Source of the DNA: Verrucomicrobiota bacterium
Lineage (GTDB): Bacteria > Verrucomicrobiota > Verrucomicrobiia > Chthoniobacterales > UBA10450
Assembly (NCBI GenBank): GCA_041167305.1
Contig: JBEEHI010000138.1
Span: 1-55,134, forward strand
Direction: 5' to 3'
DNA: 55,134 bases
Positions 8,638-19,500 of the stretch are shown here, piece after piece (position 1 is the first letter of the stretch; the number at the start of each line of letters is the position of its first letter). Position numbers and translations under genes: made by a program. The notes under the pieces were generated by a model. It was given only the letters and a program-made list of their open reading frames with translations. It searched no databases and was not told the origin of the DNA.

Positions 8638-9737
8638 AAATGAAATTCCATTGGCGACTCCTGCAAGGCGGGGAAACCGCGAACATGACGCGCGCAGCCG
8701 GCTGGAATCGGCGCGAGACCGGCATGCCGGATCTGGAGCGGCAGGTGGAATTTTGCCGGCGCGCCGAGGAATGCGGAATGACCGGGCTGCTCACCGATAT
8801 CGGCGCGGCGAAACCGGATCCGATCCTGCTCGCCGCTGCGCTTGGACTGGCCACGGAGAAGATCGAATTGATCGTCGCCTATCGTTCCGGGCTGATTCCG
8901 CCGACGACTTTTGTCCAGCAACTGAACACACTCTCCGCGCTCATCCAGGGCCGGTTCAGCTTGAATATCGTCGCCGGCCATTCGCCCCTCGAGCAACGCT
9001 ACTACGGCGATTTTCTTAGCCACGATGAACGTTATCCGCGGACGGAAGAGTTTCTCGCCATCTGCCACGCTTTTTGGCGCAACAACGACCCCGTCAATTT
9101 TCAGGGCAAGTATTATCAGATCGAGAACGGGCGGTTGAATACCGTGTTCGTTTCAAAATCGCGCACGAGTCCTGAGATTTTCATCGGGGGCGGTTCGGAG
9201 GCGGCACGCACCCTGGCGATTTCGCAAGGCTCGTGCTGGATGCGCCTCGCGGACACGCCGGCGAACCTGGAACCGGACGCGAAGACGGTGCTGGCGGCGG
9301 GCAAGGAAGTGGGCGTGCGCGTCTGCGTGATTTGTCGCCCCACGCGCGCGGCCGCGGTGCGAGCGGCTTACGAGCTGGTCGCCGGTCTTGATCCCGCCTT
9401 GCGCGACGCGGAGCACGAACGCGACTTCATGCGCAAGAGTGACTCAGTTTCAATCCGCCAAGTTTACGAGATGGCGGAAGGCGAATGGCCGGCTTCCTGG
9501 CTTTGGACGGGCGCGGTCCGGACCCACGGCGGCGCGGCGATCGCCGTGGTCGGCAACCCGGAGGAGGTCGCCTCGGCATTCATCGAATACAAGCGCGCAG
9601 GTGTTACGCAATTTATCCTCGCCGGTTGGCCGAAGCTCGATGAGATGATCATTTTCGGCCGCGACGTTCTGCCCTTGATCCGCCAAGAAGAGCGCGCCCT
9701 CGATGAAGTGCGCGGCGCCAGCAGCCACGATGACTAG
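8634..9737 (+). CDS. LLM-class flavin-dependent monooxygenase (SsuD-like), paralog
   Basis: ATGA overlap at 8634. 367 aa. Colinear with 7495..8637 (IVAYRSGLIPPTTFVQQLNTLSALIQGRFSLNIVAGHSPLEQRYYGDFLSHDERY). Confidence 0.8.
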   Translation: MKMKFHWRLLQGGETANMTRAAGWNRRETGMPDLERQVEFCRRAEECGMTGLLTDIGAAKPDPILLAAALGLATEKIELIVAYRSGLIPPTTFVQQLNTLSALIQGRFSLNIVAGHSPLEQRYYGDFLSHDERYPRTEEFLAICHAFWRNNDPVNFQGKYYQIENGRLNTVFVSKSRTSPEIFIGGGSEAARTLAISQGSCWMRLADTPANLEPDAKTVLAAGKEVGVRVCVICRPTRAAAVRAAYELVAGLDPALRDAEHERDFMRKSDSVSIRQVYEMAEGEWPASWLWTGAVRTHGGAAIAVVGNPEEVASAFIEYKRAGVTQFILAGWPKLDEMIIFGRDVLPLIRQEERALDEVRGASSHDD

Positions 9738-10500
9738 CGAAATCTCACGCGCGCGCTTTGAGCGGGACGGCATCGTTTTTCCAATCCCGGCTCTATCGCC
9801 GGAGAAGACCGCTGCTTACCGGACCTGCTTTGCAGAGCTCGAACAGAGTGCCGGCAGCCCGCTTTATCGGCTCCAAAATCCAACAGCACACTTCGCCTGG
9901 GCTTATCGCCTGGCGACGGAGCCGGCGGTGCTCGACGCCGTGGAGGAAGTGCTCGGACCAGACTTACTCATCGCGGGATCTCTCGTGCTCTGCAAATATC
10001 CCCGTGACCCGGCCTTCGTCGCCTGGCATCAAGACAACTATTATTCGAACCTGCATCTGACGCCCTCACTCTCGGCCTGGATCGCCTTGCTGGACAGCAC
10101 AACCGAGAACGGCTGTATGCGCGTGATTCCGGGCTCGCATCAAAACGGTGTTCTGCCGCACGACGAAATGGGGAATGCCGAAAATCTTCTCAATCAAGGA
10201 CAGGAGATTCGAGTGGAGGTGAATGAGGCCGACGCGTTGGAGGTGATCTTGCGCGCGGGCGAGATGTCGCTGCACCATACCGCCATCATTCACGGTTCGC
10301 GCCCGAATCGGTCGGACACGAAGCGGCTCGGATTTATCGTACGTTTCGTAACGAGTGCATACGATCTGGCGTCCCAGCAGACGCCATTTTTCCTCGCGCG
10401 AGGCAGTGCGGCCAACGGCAATCTCCACCTGGCGGCGGCGCCGCCTGAGCGTCCGCTGGCGGAAGCTTGGAACGAATTTGAGCAGCGGCAATCGAGCTAA
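9730..10500 (+). CDS. phytanoyl-CoA dioxygenase (PhyH) family Fe(II)/2-oxoglutarate oxygenase
   Basis: ATG 9730 overlaps the upstream gene by 8 nt. FERDGIVF, WHQDNYY (HxD) and a distal HHTAIIHGSRPN. Confidence 0.75.
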   Translation: MTSEISRARFERDGIVFPIPALSPEKTAAYRTCFAELEQSAGSPLYRLQNPTAHFAWAYRLATEPAVLDAVEEVLGPDLLIAGSLVLCKYPRDPAFVAWHQDNYYSNLHLTPSLSAWIALLDSTTENGCMRVIPGSHQNGVLPHDEMGNAENLLNQGQEIRVEVNEADALEVILRAGEMSLHHTAIIHGSRPNRSDTKRLGFIVRFVTSAYDLASQQTPFFLARGSAANGNLHLAAAPPERPLAEAWNEFEQRQSS

Positions 10501-10503
10501 GCC

Positions 10504-11544
10504 ATGAGAATTGCGCTCTGGTCGAACCAACCCTACGGCGCGTATTTCGCCAATGGCGTGGGGCGGGCGCCGCGGCAGGTGCCGTCCGGCTCCGGACATT
10601 ATCTGCACGACACCCTGGTAAAAGGCCTGGCAGAACTGGGGCATGAAGTTTTTTATCATTTGCCAGCGGGGGCCGTGACGGCGCTCCCACCAGGCGTCCG
10701 GATGATCGATAAGTTGCCGGCGGACGTGGACATCCTGCACAACTATTCGAGTTCCCGCAGCGACGCCGGGCTGATGGATCACGTGCGCGCACATGGAATT
10801 CCCTGGGTCACGACGTGCCATCTCGACATTAAGGCGCGGGGCCTGGAGCGAAACTACGCGGGATGGAATTGGATCTTTGTCTCGCAGACGTTGGCACGAC
10901 TCTATGGCCGCAGCCGATTTGTCCACAACGGGCTGGATCCGGCGGGCTATCGCTACTGCGAGCACAAAGGAGATTACTACGTCTTCATGGCGAGCATGGA
11001 CTGGGCGGTGGAAAAGGGGCTCGAGATTGCGTTGCGGCTTGCCCGGGAGATGGGATTTCGGTTGATCGTCGCGGGAACCAGTCGCGATTCTTCCGTCATT
11101 CGACAAATCGGTGTGCTGTGCCGTCGCGCCGGCGCCGAGTACGTAGGTGATGTGCGCGGCGAGGAAAAAGCCAATCTCCTGGCCAGCGCGCGCGCCTTGT
11201 TGCATCCGACGCAGCTCGAAGAGGCTTTCGGCCTCGCGATGGCGGAAGCGCTGATGAGCGGCACCCCGGTGATATGCAGCGATCGCGGCGCCTGTCCGGA
11301 GGTAATTTCGCCGGAGGTCGGCTTTGTTTGCCGTGACTTGGACGACTATCGGCCAGCAATTGAAAGAGCCGCCGAGATTCCGCCTGCAGCCTGCCGGGAA
11401 AAGGCGATGCGAGAGTACCACTATCATGTGATGGCGGCAGGGTTCGTGCGGGAATACGAGGCGGAGCTGGCCCATCCGAGTGAGGGAAACCTGGAGAGTG
11501 ATCTGGAGAGATTGTCCCTGCCGGCTGGCGCTCGCGGGTTGTAA
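10504..11544 (+). CDS. glycosyltransferase family 4
   Basis: 346 aa. EEAFGLAMAEALMSGTPVICSDRGACPEVISPEVGFVC. Paralog of 23009..24019. Confidence 0.85.
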   Translation: MRIALWSNQPYGAYFANGVGRAPRQVPSGSGHYLHDTLVKGLAELGHEVFYHLPAGAVTALPPGVRMIDKLPADVDILHNYSSSRSDAGLMDHVRAHGIPWVTTCHLDIKARGLERNYAGWNWIFVSQTLARLYGRSRFVHNGLDPAGYRYCEHKGDYYVFMASMDWAVEKGLEIALRLAREMGFRLIVAGTSRDSSVIRQIGVLCRRAGAEYVGDVRGEEKANLLASARALLHPTQLEEAFGLAMAEALMSGTPVICSDRGACPEVISPEVGFVCRDLDDYRPAIERAAEIPPAACREKAMREYHYHVMAAGFVREYEAELAHPSEGNLESDLERLSLPAGARGL

Positions 11545-11549
11545 AGATC

Positions 11550-12854
11550 ATGGCTCGAGGTGCGCACCGATTCCGTGAGATGTTTCAGCACCGTGTCTGT
11601 ATCAATCTCGATCGCAGGCCGGAGCGGTGGCAGCGCATGCAGGCGCGCTTCGCAAAAGTCGACTTGGGATCGGTGGAACGGTTCCCCGCCGTGGACGGAG
11701 CAAATTTAGAGGTGCCCGCCGAGTGGCCCGAATCGGCCGGGGCGTATGGATGTCTGCAAAGCCACCTAGCCGTGGTGCGCCAGGCACGAGCGCAAGGGCG
11801 CGAAAATGTTCTGATCGTCGAAGACGACGTGCTTTTCGCGGAAGGCTTTCATGAGGAATTCGAAAAGCGAGTGCGCGGGCTGCCGGCGGATTGGGACATG
11901 CTCTTCTTTGGTTGTCTGCATCACGATCCGCCTGCGCCGGTCGCCCCGGGGATCGGCCGGCTGCGCGCTTCGTTTTCCACTTTGATGTATGCGGTGCGAC
12001 GAACGGTTTACGACGCCTTCATCTGCCTGAACGAACGGGAAGAGTACGCCGTCGACCGAAGTAATTGGGAACTTCAGGAGCGGTTCAATTGTTACTGTTT
12101 CCTGCCGCACCTGGCCTGGGTGGATGACAGTTACTCCGACGCGCAAGGAGTGCTCTCCAACCATTGGTATATCCGCGACTCGATGGTGTTGCGCGGCGAG
12201 GAGATGAAATCGATGGAGAAGCGCACGGCAATAGTCATCCCCTACCGCGAGAACGGGAACCGCGAACGCGGTTTGAAAAACCTGCGTTTTTTGGTCCGGC
12301 ATTACGGCGCACTCTTTTCAGTGCTTATCGTGGAACAGAACGAGGAGCCTCGCTTGAACGCGAACGCGGCGCCGGTGGGGTGCGAATACATTCATCTGCC
12401 CGAGGCGCGGCAGGAGAACTATTATGCGGCAGGCTTGGAAAAATTCGGGCAAGCCAAAGACTTCATCATCATCAATGATGGAAACGTCGTGTGTTCGCGC
12501 ATGGAGATGCGGGCCAGCCTCTGCAAATGTGTCGAGCACGACGCGGTGGGATCGTTCGCCACTTTCATAGACCTGGACGACGCGGACAGCGATCGGTTGC
12601 TCAACGGCAGGGAGTATCACACGGAGCGCTATTCGGCCCGTGTGCGGCGGGGCCGGTTCCGCGAATATTTTACGGCCACGATGAAAGGACTGCGCGACCT
12701 CTGCTCCTCCGGCACACTCGCGGGCGGCGATGGGGATGCCGCGCCCAGCGCAGATTTGCGCATCTTCGATTCGCCGGGATCGGCGCTCTGCCTTTCTTCG
12801 GGCCAATCCGGGCACCAGAAATTTTGTCAAGAAAATAGTACGAATTGTGATTGA
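11550..12854 (+). CDS. two-domain glycosyltransferase (N-terminal GT25-like, C-terminal beta-1,4-galactosyltransferase/GT7-GT2-like)
   Basis: 434 aa. N-terminal INLDRRPERW...GAYGCLQSHLAVV...VLIVEDDVLF. C-terminal TAIVIPYRENGNRERGLKNLRFLVRHY...LIVEQNEE. Confidence 0.7.
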   Translation: MARGAHRFREMFQHRVCINLDRRPERWQRMQARFAKVDLGSVERFPAVDGANLEVPAEWPESAGAYGCLQSHLAVVRQARAQGRENVLIVEDDVLFAEGFHEEFEKRVRGLPADWDMLFFGCLHHDPPAPVAPGIGRLRASFSTLMYAVRRTVYDAFICLNEREEYAVDRSNWELQERFNCYCFLPHLAWVDDSYSDAQGVLSNHWYIRDSMVLRGEEMKSMEKRTAIVIPYRENGNRERGLKNLRFLVRHYGALFSVLIVEQNEEPRLNANAAPVGCEYIHLPEARQENYYAAGLEKFGQAKDFIIINDGNVVCSRMEMRASLCKCVEHDAVGSFATFIDLDDADSDRLLNGREYHTERYSARVRRGRFREYFTATMKGLRDLCSSGTLAGGDGDAAPSADLRIFDSPGSALCLSSGQSGHQKFCQENSTNCD

Positions 12855-12981
12855 CGCCCAAGGCGCGCTTCCGGCAAACTGTAGGCAATTGGCCCCTAAT
12901 TGACCCCCAGGAAGTGTTGGTGTCGCCCATTCTCGGGTGTCGGTTGGAGGTAAGAAAACCTCGATCACGAAAGGAACACCG

Positions 12982-13287
12982 ATGAGCAAGGCGAAATCAA
13001 AGTTGGGCGCAAAGGGTCCGAAAACCCCGGGACCCCTTGGGGGTGGCGGACCGAAAGGAACGAAGGGACCTGGAGGCAACAAGGGAGGCAAGGACGGCAA
13101 AGGAAAGGGCAAGGGAAAGAAGGGAGGAGGCCCGTGGTCCGGCGGCGGTCCGGTCGTAGTGGTGCTCGACGAGTACACTGCAAAGAACTTGTTCCTCGCG
13201 CTGGCACAAGCGTTGGGAGCGCCCATTAACAAGAAGAAGGGGAAGAAGGGCAAAAAAGGGAAGAAGGGCAAAAAAGGCGGGAAATAA
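12982..13287 (+). CDS. Lys/Gly-rich polycationic small protein with a short hydrophobic core
   Basis: ATG 12982 is preceded by AAAGGA. The longest ORF starts at GTG 12937. Sequence MSKAKSKLGAKGPKTPGPLGGGGPKGTKGPGGNKGGKDGKGKGKGKKGGGPWSGGGPVVVVLDEYTAKNLFLALAQALGAPINKKKGKKGKKGKKGKKGGK. Same strand as its neighbours. Confidence 0.55.
   Translation: MSKAKSKLGAKGPKTPGPLGGGGPKGTKGPGGNKGGKDGKGKGKGKKGGGPWSGGGPVVVVLDEYTAKNLFLALAQALGAPINKKKGKKGKKGKKGKKGGK
13240..13275 (+). repeat. perfect 18-nt tandem duplication (gggaagaagggcaaaaaa x2) encoding GKKGKK GKKGKK
   Basis: Read directly: 13240-13257 is identical to 13258-13275. In frame within the K/G-rich ORF. Confidence 0.95.
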
Positions 13288-13568
13288 GCCTTGAGGCGAG
13301 GTGACGTGTCAACGGCGCCGAACGTCCTGAGAGACCCGAGGACGCCCAAACCCTAAACATCAACCCATGATCAAGTAACCACTCTTGTGTGCGCGCCCTG
13401 GAAATCTTTTGGGTCCGACTGGTATTGCCGTCGGAATCAAGGGCGCGCCGCATCAGTGGGAGTCGGAATCCATCCGGCGTTCGAGCCTCCGGTGGACATA
13501 AGATGGTACCTGAAGAGGAATCACAAACTCGGCTGCGCGAGCAGCTGTTCGAACCAGAGGAAACTGCA

Positions 13569-16500
13569 ATGAGATACACCCACCTGTTCCGCCTTGGCAG
13601 CGCCGTAGCACTCCTGGCATTCGCCTTGGGCCCAGCAGCACCGGCAAAGGAAGCTCCCGTCGTGTGCAACCGCACCATCAAGGTGCAGATAGTCGCCTTC
13701 GATCAACCATGGATGTGGAATCGTCTCGGCGCAGCGCAGCCCGGCGGCATGATCTACGCGCTGGCCCGCGACGTTGTGAAGAACATGGATGGCTCGCCCT
13801 TGCCGGACGACTTGAAAGCTCTAAAGCCGGAGGATTCTAAATCGCTTTGCGGTGGCGTGCGCCTCCGCGATGGCAAACGCGCGCGTCCGCTCGTCCTGCG
13901 CGCGAACAAAGGGGATTGCCTCGAGATCACTTTCTTGAATCTGCTCCAACCGGATCCCGTGGCGGCGGACAACCGCCTGCCGGCTGCGGCTACTCGCTTT
14001 GCCGGGATCCATGCGGCGGGGATGGAGTTGGGAGACAAGTCGAGCGACTCGTCCTGGGTCGGCAACAATCCGAGCAGCCTCGCCGAAAACGGACAGACCA
14101 AGATCTATAAGTGGTACGCCGCAGAGGAAGGAACCTTCCTCATATATAGCGCCGCCGATATGGAAAGTGGTTATCAAGCCAAGGAAGGCTTGTTCGGCGC
14201 GATCCACGTCGAGCCCGAAGGGGCGGAATGGTATCGCAGCCAGATCACTCATGACGATCTGGAGCAGGCGACATTAACCGAGGCCGACTTGAAGGAGTAT
14301 TCCCAGAAATTGGTCGGAGCTTCCGTCGCAGCCGATCCACCGCCAAAGACGGCGGAAAAGATCGCGCCGGCGGCCGAGAAACCGCCGCCGGGAGCCGAAA
14401 ACTTTACCAAGAAAACGCTGGAAAGCTACGTCGCCGACAAGCGCTCCAGTGTCACCGTCTTCGTGGATGAAAAAGGCGCGGGCGGAAAACGTATCCATAC
14501 GGCCACCGGCCAGCCGCGGATCTATTATAACGCCCTGTATCCGGCGAAGGAGCAAAAGCGTGGCGTGCCTGTGCTGCAAATGCTGCAAGTAAATCCAGTT
14601 GGCGCGGCCCTGTACGACCAGCCTTTGCAGAAACAAAACCCAGCCGATTACATTGAGGAGGTGAGCGATTTGGACGCGGGCATCATTCCGGCCAAACTGC
14701 GGGCCCTCTTCAAAGATAAGAAACAGGAGCTCTCGCCCGGCGCGAAGGTGGTTGAGCAATACCGTTATAGCTGGCTGATCACCGACGAGGGCAAGGCCTT
14801 TTACGTGACGGCGAACCTTCCATCGACAGCGCAGGTAGCGCAGGCCCGTCAGCTCCAGATTTTCGCGGCCGAGCTGGAGCTGATTTATAGCGATCTCACC
14901 GCTGTGATTACCGGACCGAACGCCGGCAGGTTCTCGTACGCCAACACGAGCCCGACCTTTCGGGAGAACCCGGCTTCGCCCGATCGCCGCCAGCCGTACC
15001 GCGAGTACACGATAATTTATCATCAAGCCTTTTTCGCCACGCAAAGCTTTGCGTCTTTTGCGAACGCGAATCTGGTCAACGTCATTCAGCCTGGCGCCGA
15101 TAACTTCGCCATCAATTACGGTTCGGCCGCCATCGGCCCTGAGATAGTGGCGAATCGGCTGGGGGTGGGACCGATGGGAAATCGGGACGCGGTGGACTTA
15201 AAGTTTGAAGAATTCTTCCTCAGCGCCTGGGCGGTCGGAGATCCCGCCATGGTGGTGGATCATCCCGCGAATGCTTCCAACGCGATGGTCGGTTCTCCTT
15301 CTCTGGATGAGCACAGCGCGCTGCGGACCCAGGTTCCGCCAGGGTCCGTCGCCCAGCAACTCGCCGCCGCTCACGCGCCGCCGCTGCCGCGCCCGGCACA
15401 AGTGAGTCCGCCGGGAAGCGACGACTTCGCCCCGCTGCCGGCGCCGCCCGTCAAAGCGACGAAGGCGTTTTTTCCGGCTGATCCGTCGAACGTCTACCAC
15501 AGCTACATGAACGACCACGTGAAGTTCCGCATCCTCCATGCGGGACCCGGCCCGTCGCACGTCCATCATTTGCACGCGCACCAGTGGTTGCGCTCACCCG
15601 ATAGCGACGACGGCCATTATCTGGATAGCCAGCTCATCGTGCCGGGTTCGGCCTTCACTTTGGAGATCACCTACAACGGCAGTGGCAACCGCAATAAAAC
15701 GGTGGGGGATGCGATTTTCCACTGCCACTTTTATCCCCATTTTGCCCAGGGCATGTGGGCCATGTGGCGCGTTCACGACGTGTTCGAGGGAGGAACGCTG
15801 CTGGACAAAAACGGAGTACCGCTCAGTGGGGTCAACCGGGCGTTGCCGGATGGTGAGATCGAGCACGGCACCCCGATCCCGGCGATCGTGCCGCTGCCCA
15901 CTTTGGGCATGGCTCCGATGCCGGCGGAAGTGGAGCTCACGGACCTTTCGCCTTGGTCGCCGGGAGGGCAAGGCCGGCGAGTCCTCGTCCATAAGGAAAA
16001 GGACGGGACGTATCGGAGCCCGGGCTATCCCTTCTTCATCCCAGGAGTCGCCGGGCACCGCCCGCCGCACCCGCCGCTCGATTTTGCCTGGCTGGAGGAG
16101 CCTGATACCGGCAAGGCGATCCTGAGCCCGAGCCCATCGCCAGACCCAAGCCCTGGCAAGGATAGGAAGATTTATCTCGATGGCGGCCTGCCGCGCCACC
16201 TGGTCCTGGATGGTAAGGTGGTCAAGGAGTTCCATACGCGCTGGGACTTCAGCAAAGACACCGCGCTGCGCGATAAGGATGGAAATATTATTCCCGGCGG
16301 CGAGTTGTCGGCTTTCGAGCTCCCGGAGGAGGGCACGCCGGTAGAGCTTGCGGCCATGAAGGAACACGCCACGCGGACCCGGCCGACGACCCAGCCCAAT
16401 GGCGATCCCGGAAATTTCATCCTCAACGGTTTGCCTCCAACGCCGGGAGCGCCCTACGCCGATCCAGCGGTGACGGATGAAGGGAATGCCAACCCGCATC

Positions 16501-19500
16501 GCCGACGGTATCAAGCCGCCGTGTTTCAAATCGACACAGTTCTAAATAAGAAGGGCTGGCACTATCCCCAACAGCGAATGATTTCGCTCTGGCAGGATGT
16601 GAAACCGACGGTCGACACCACGCGCCCGCCGCAGCCCTTCTTCTTCCGCACCAATACTTCGGATAGCATCCAATACTGGCATACCAATCTGCTGCCGAGT
16701 TACTATGAGCTGGACGATTTCCAGGTCCGCACGCCAACGGACATCGTGGGGCAGCATATCCATCTGGTGAAGTTCGACGTGACTTCCTCCGACGGCGCGG
16801 AGAATGGGTTTAACTATGAGGACGGCACTTACGCGCCCGACGAGGTCCAGGAGCGGATCGCTTCCATCAATGCCAAGGGCGGTTTGTTTGCCTTCGACCC
16901 GGCGACGGGATTTGTGAATAAGGCGGCGCAACAAACACTTACCCCTAAGAAGGTCAAAGATTACTATCCGCCTCCCGACAGCAAATATGCCGGGCTGGAC
17001 GGCAATGGTGTTCCGACATGGACAAATCCGAATCCCAACGTGCTCTCCGTGTTCGGTCCGCCGACGGGCCGTTCCGATGCATGGGATGGCGCCCAGACGA
17101 CGATCCAACTCTGGGAGGTAGACGCACTCCTCAATAATGAAGGAGTCGACCGGACGCTGCGGACCGTCTTCACGCACGACCACTTCGGGCCGTCGACCCA
17201 CCAGCAGGCGGGTCTCTACGCGGGTATGATCGTCGAGCCGGAAAACTCGGAATGGTACCTGCCCGATGGTCTGCGGATGAACACGCGGCTCGATGGCGGT
17301 CCCACCAGTTGGCACGGATATATCGTGACCGACGATCCCAAAGATAGTTATCGCGAGTTTGTCCTCGAGTTCCAGGACATGCAGCTGGCCTACACCAAAG
17401 AGAGCCGGAAGAAGCCCTCGGCCAAAATGTTCGATCCCGATCTGGATCCCAAGGATTGCGGGGAGAACGGTAAGGAATGCTCCTCGCCGGCGTTCGACAT
17501 TGCGCAGGCCCATAGCATCGCCGGGATAAAGATCACCTACCTGCCCCTGTACGTCGCCGATCTGGACCAGGGCAAGCTTCCGGTGCCCCCACCGCAGGCA
17601 ATCGGCGCTGCGCCGTTCACCGAATTGTTCCCGCAGTTTGGAATTCCGCTTTCGAAAAATGCGACGGTGGCGGTCGTGACCAAAGGGGAGAAATGGACGA
17701 TCACGGAAGCGGCGAACGAAATCAACGGCAAGGCGAGCGACGGCAAGGCGACGAAATATATCGTGCGCGCCACGTTTGAAGCAAACCCCACGACGGGCGG
17801 CAAAACAATCAAGCAGCTATTGGTTTACACGCCGGATATTTCCCCGGGCTGGGCCGACGCGAAGTTTGCCCTCAATGCGCCGGGCGACAATGAAAACGCC
17901 GGGAATGGACCGCCGTTCGCGCAAATCGTGAGCCAGAACCAGAACGGCACCTATTCGCTGAATTATCGCAACGAACCGGTGCCATTCCGAGTCGCCTGCC
18001 CGCCGAATATGACCGAAAACGCCGACCTGGCGCTGGCCTTTAGCTCGATCAAGCGGAGCGATGCAGACCTAAACATCCAGCCCGACGGGAAGCCTGGCTT
18101 TCCCAAAACGCCGCTGGTGCCAAATGCAAAGGGGACGGATCCCTATACGCCACTGCTCGAAGCTTACGTGAACGATCGTGTGCAAATTCGCACGCTCGTA
18201 GGCGCGCACACGCAAGCGCACGCTTTCCAAATTCATGGAGTGAAATGGTTGTATGAGCCCGATAATCCCAACTCGGGTTGGCGCAACGCGCAACTCATGG
18301 GGCTCTCGGAACACTTCGAAATGATTTTCGACTTGCCCGGCACCACCTTCAAGCACGGGGGGCCAAACCCCGTTCCTGACCCGCAGATGCCGCCGTTCGC
18401 CGATTATTTTTATTCGCCCAGCTCCGACATCGTCGGATTGAACAATGGCCTTTGGGGAATCATGCGCTCTTATGGCGCCCCCGTTCCGGGTGTGCAGCCA
18501 TTGCCGAACAATCCGAAGCCCGCCTCCAATGTCGAAAACGACCTGTTCAAAGATGGATATGACAAGGCTCCGAAAGCCCTCCGACAGGACTTCAAAGTCA
18601 CGGCGGTGACGGCGGATGTGCTCCCGAATGGCAATCTGATTTACAACGGCCGCGATCCGGGCAGCCAGCTCTCCACCAATGAAGCGGTGCTCTTCGTTCG
18701 CACCGACGATCTGGACCCCACAACAAAGAAACTAAAATCTAGCGTGCCAGTCGAGCCTTTGATTCTTCGGGCCGCGGCGGGCCAATGGATCAAGGTGACT
18801 TTGCACAATGCGTTCGATGTGAAAAGCAAAGCGTTGACGGATATCGAGACGCTTCCTTATGGCACCCCCTTTACCGGTGGACCGGACGCTCCGGAACCCG
18901 GTCTGAAGACTTCCGCAAAGGTCGGCTTGCACCCGCAATTGGTCGGCTTCGATCCAATCAACGCAAACGGTGTCCTCGTCGGGTTCAATCCGAAAGACCG
19001 GCTGGTGGACCCAGGCCAGACGCGCGATTTCTATTGGTATGCCGGGGAGCTAAGGCGAGACGAAAACGGAAAGATTCAGGCGCAGCCGATCGAGTTTGGC
19101 GGCACGAACCTTACTTCGGCCGATCAACTGCTTCAGCCCCAGTTCGGCATGGTGGGCGCGCTGATCATTGAGCCGGAAGGCGCCACCTGGACCGAGGATG
19201 TCTCCAGCCGCGCCTCTGCCACCGTCAAGTTCCCGGGCGGCGCCGATTTCCGGGAATTCGTGGTGATCGATCAGAACATGGTGGCCAACTCGGCGGCGGA
19301 CAATAGTGTTCTGGCCAGTGTCGCGGGAAGCGCAATCGGGGCAATAAATTACCGCTCGGAGCCGTTTGGGATTCGCGGCGTGCCGAGTAACGCCCAAAAC
19401 TTTCCACAGCCTGCGCCGCAGGGGTACGCGCAAGCCTTCTCCAATAGCATGTTCAATCCGCCGGCCGATCCGCAAACCCCGGTGTTCGTGGCCGCAGCTG

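Noticed and set aside
7495-9737. Calling the two LLM genes plus the FMN reductase a standard ssuED sulfonate-sulfur utilisation operon.
   Set aside because: There is no ssuABC transporter. The reductase is 5 kb away in a different coupled string. The genes are flanked by glycosyltransferases. I kept only the family-level call.
10066-11475. Very long antisense ORFs opposite confident genes. Examples are 10066..11475 (469 aa), 3154..4149, 4793..5791, 14274..15044, 15594..16529, 16542..17513, 19050..19811, 21184..22164, 22268..22963, 34470..35192 and 41915..42640.
   Set aside because: They are Arg/Pro/Gly/Ala-rich with no recognisable motifs. Each is fully shadowed by a gene with clear family signatures on the other strand. 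This is the expected artefact of high-GC coding sequence.
13240-13275. Short tandem repeats considered as a possible CRISPR array or minisatellite.
   Set aside because: There are only two 18-nt units with no spacers. They are in frame inside an ORF and encode GKKGKK. No CRISPR-like repeat-spacer pattern exists anywhere in the window.
12318-13349. A 343-aa minus-strand ORF with PPFLPFFPFLPFFPFF and proline-rich low complexity, lying opposite the K/G-rich gene and the end of the GT25-like gene.
   Set aside because: Its low complexity is simply the reverse complement of the AAG/GGN repeats. Its 3' portion (the C-terminal end of the encoded protein, at the low-coordinate end) overlaps a confident glycosyltransferase on the other strand. 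It also runs against the orientation of the whole array.
13389-13568. N-terminal extensions offered by the ORF track, where the longest ORF begins upstream of my called start: 13389 for the MCO, 2384 for AroDE, 3871, 9703, 19991, 20860, 31849, 33328, 33987, 38827, 39969, 40924 and 47083.
   Set aside because: The extensions are Arg-rich, overlap the preceding gene, or precede a clean signal peptide or lipobox. Internal ATG or GTG starts give ATGA-type coupling or a Shine-Dalgarno match, and sensible N-termini.
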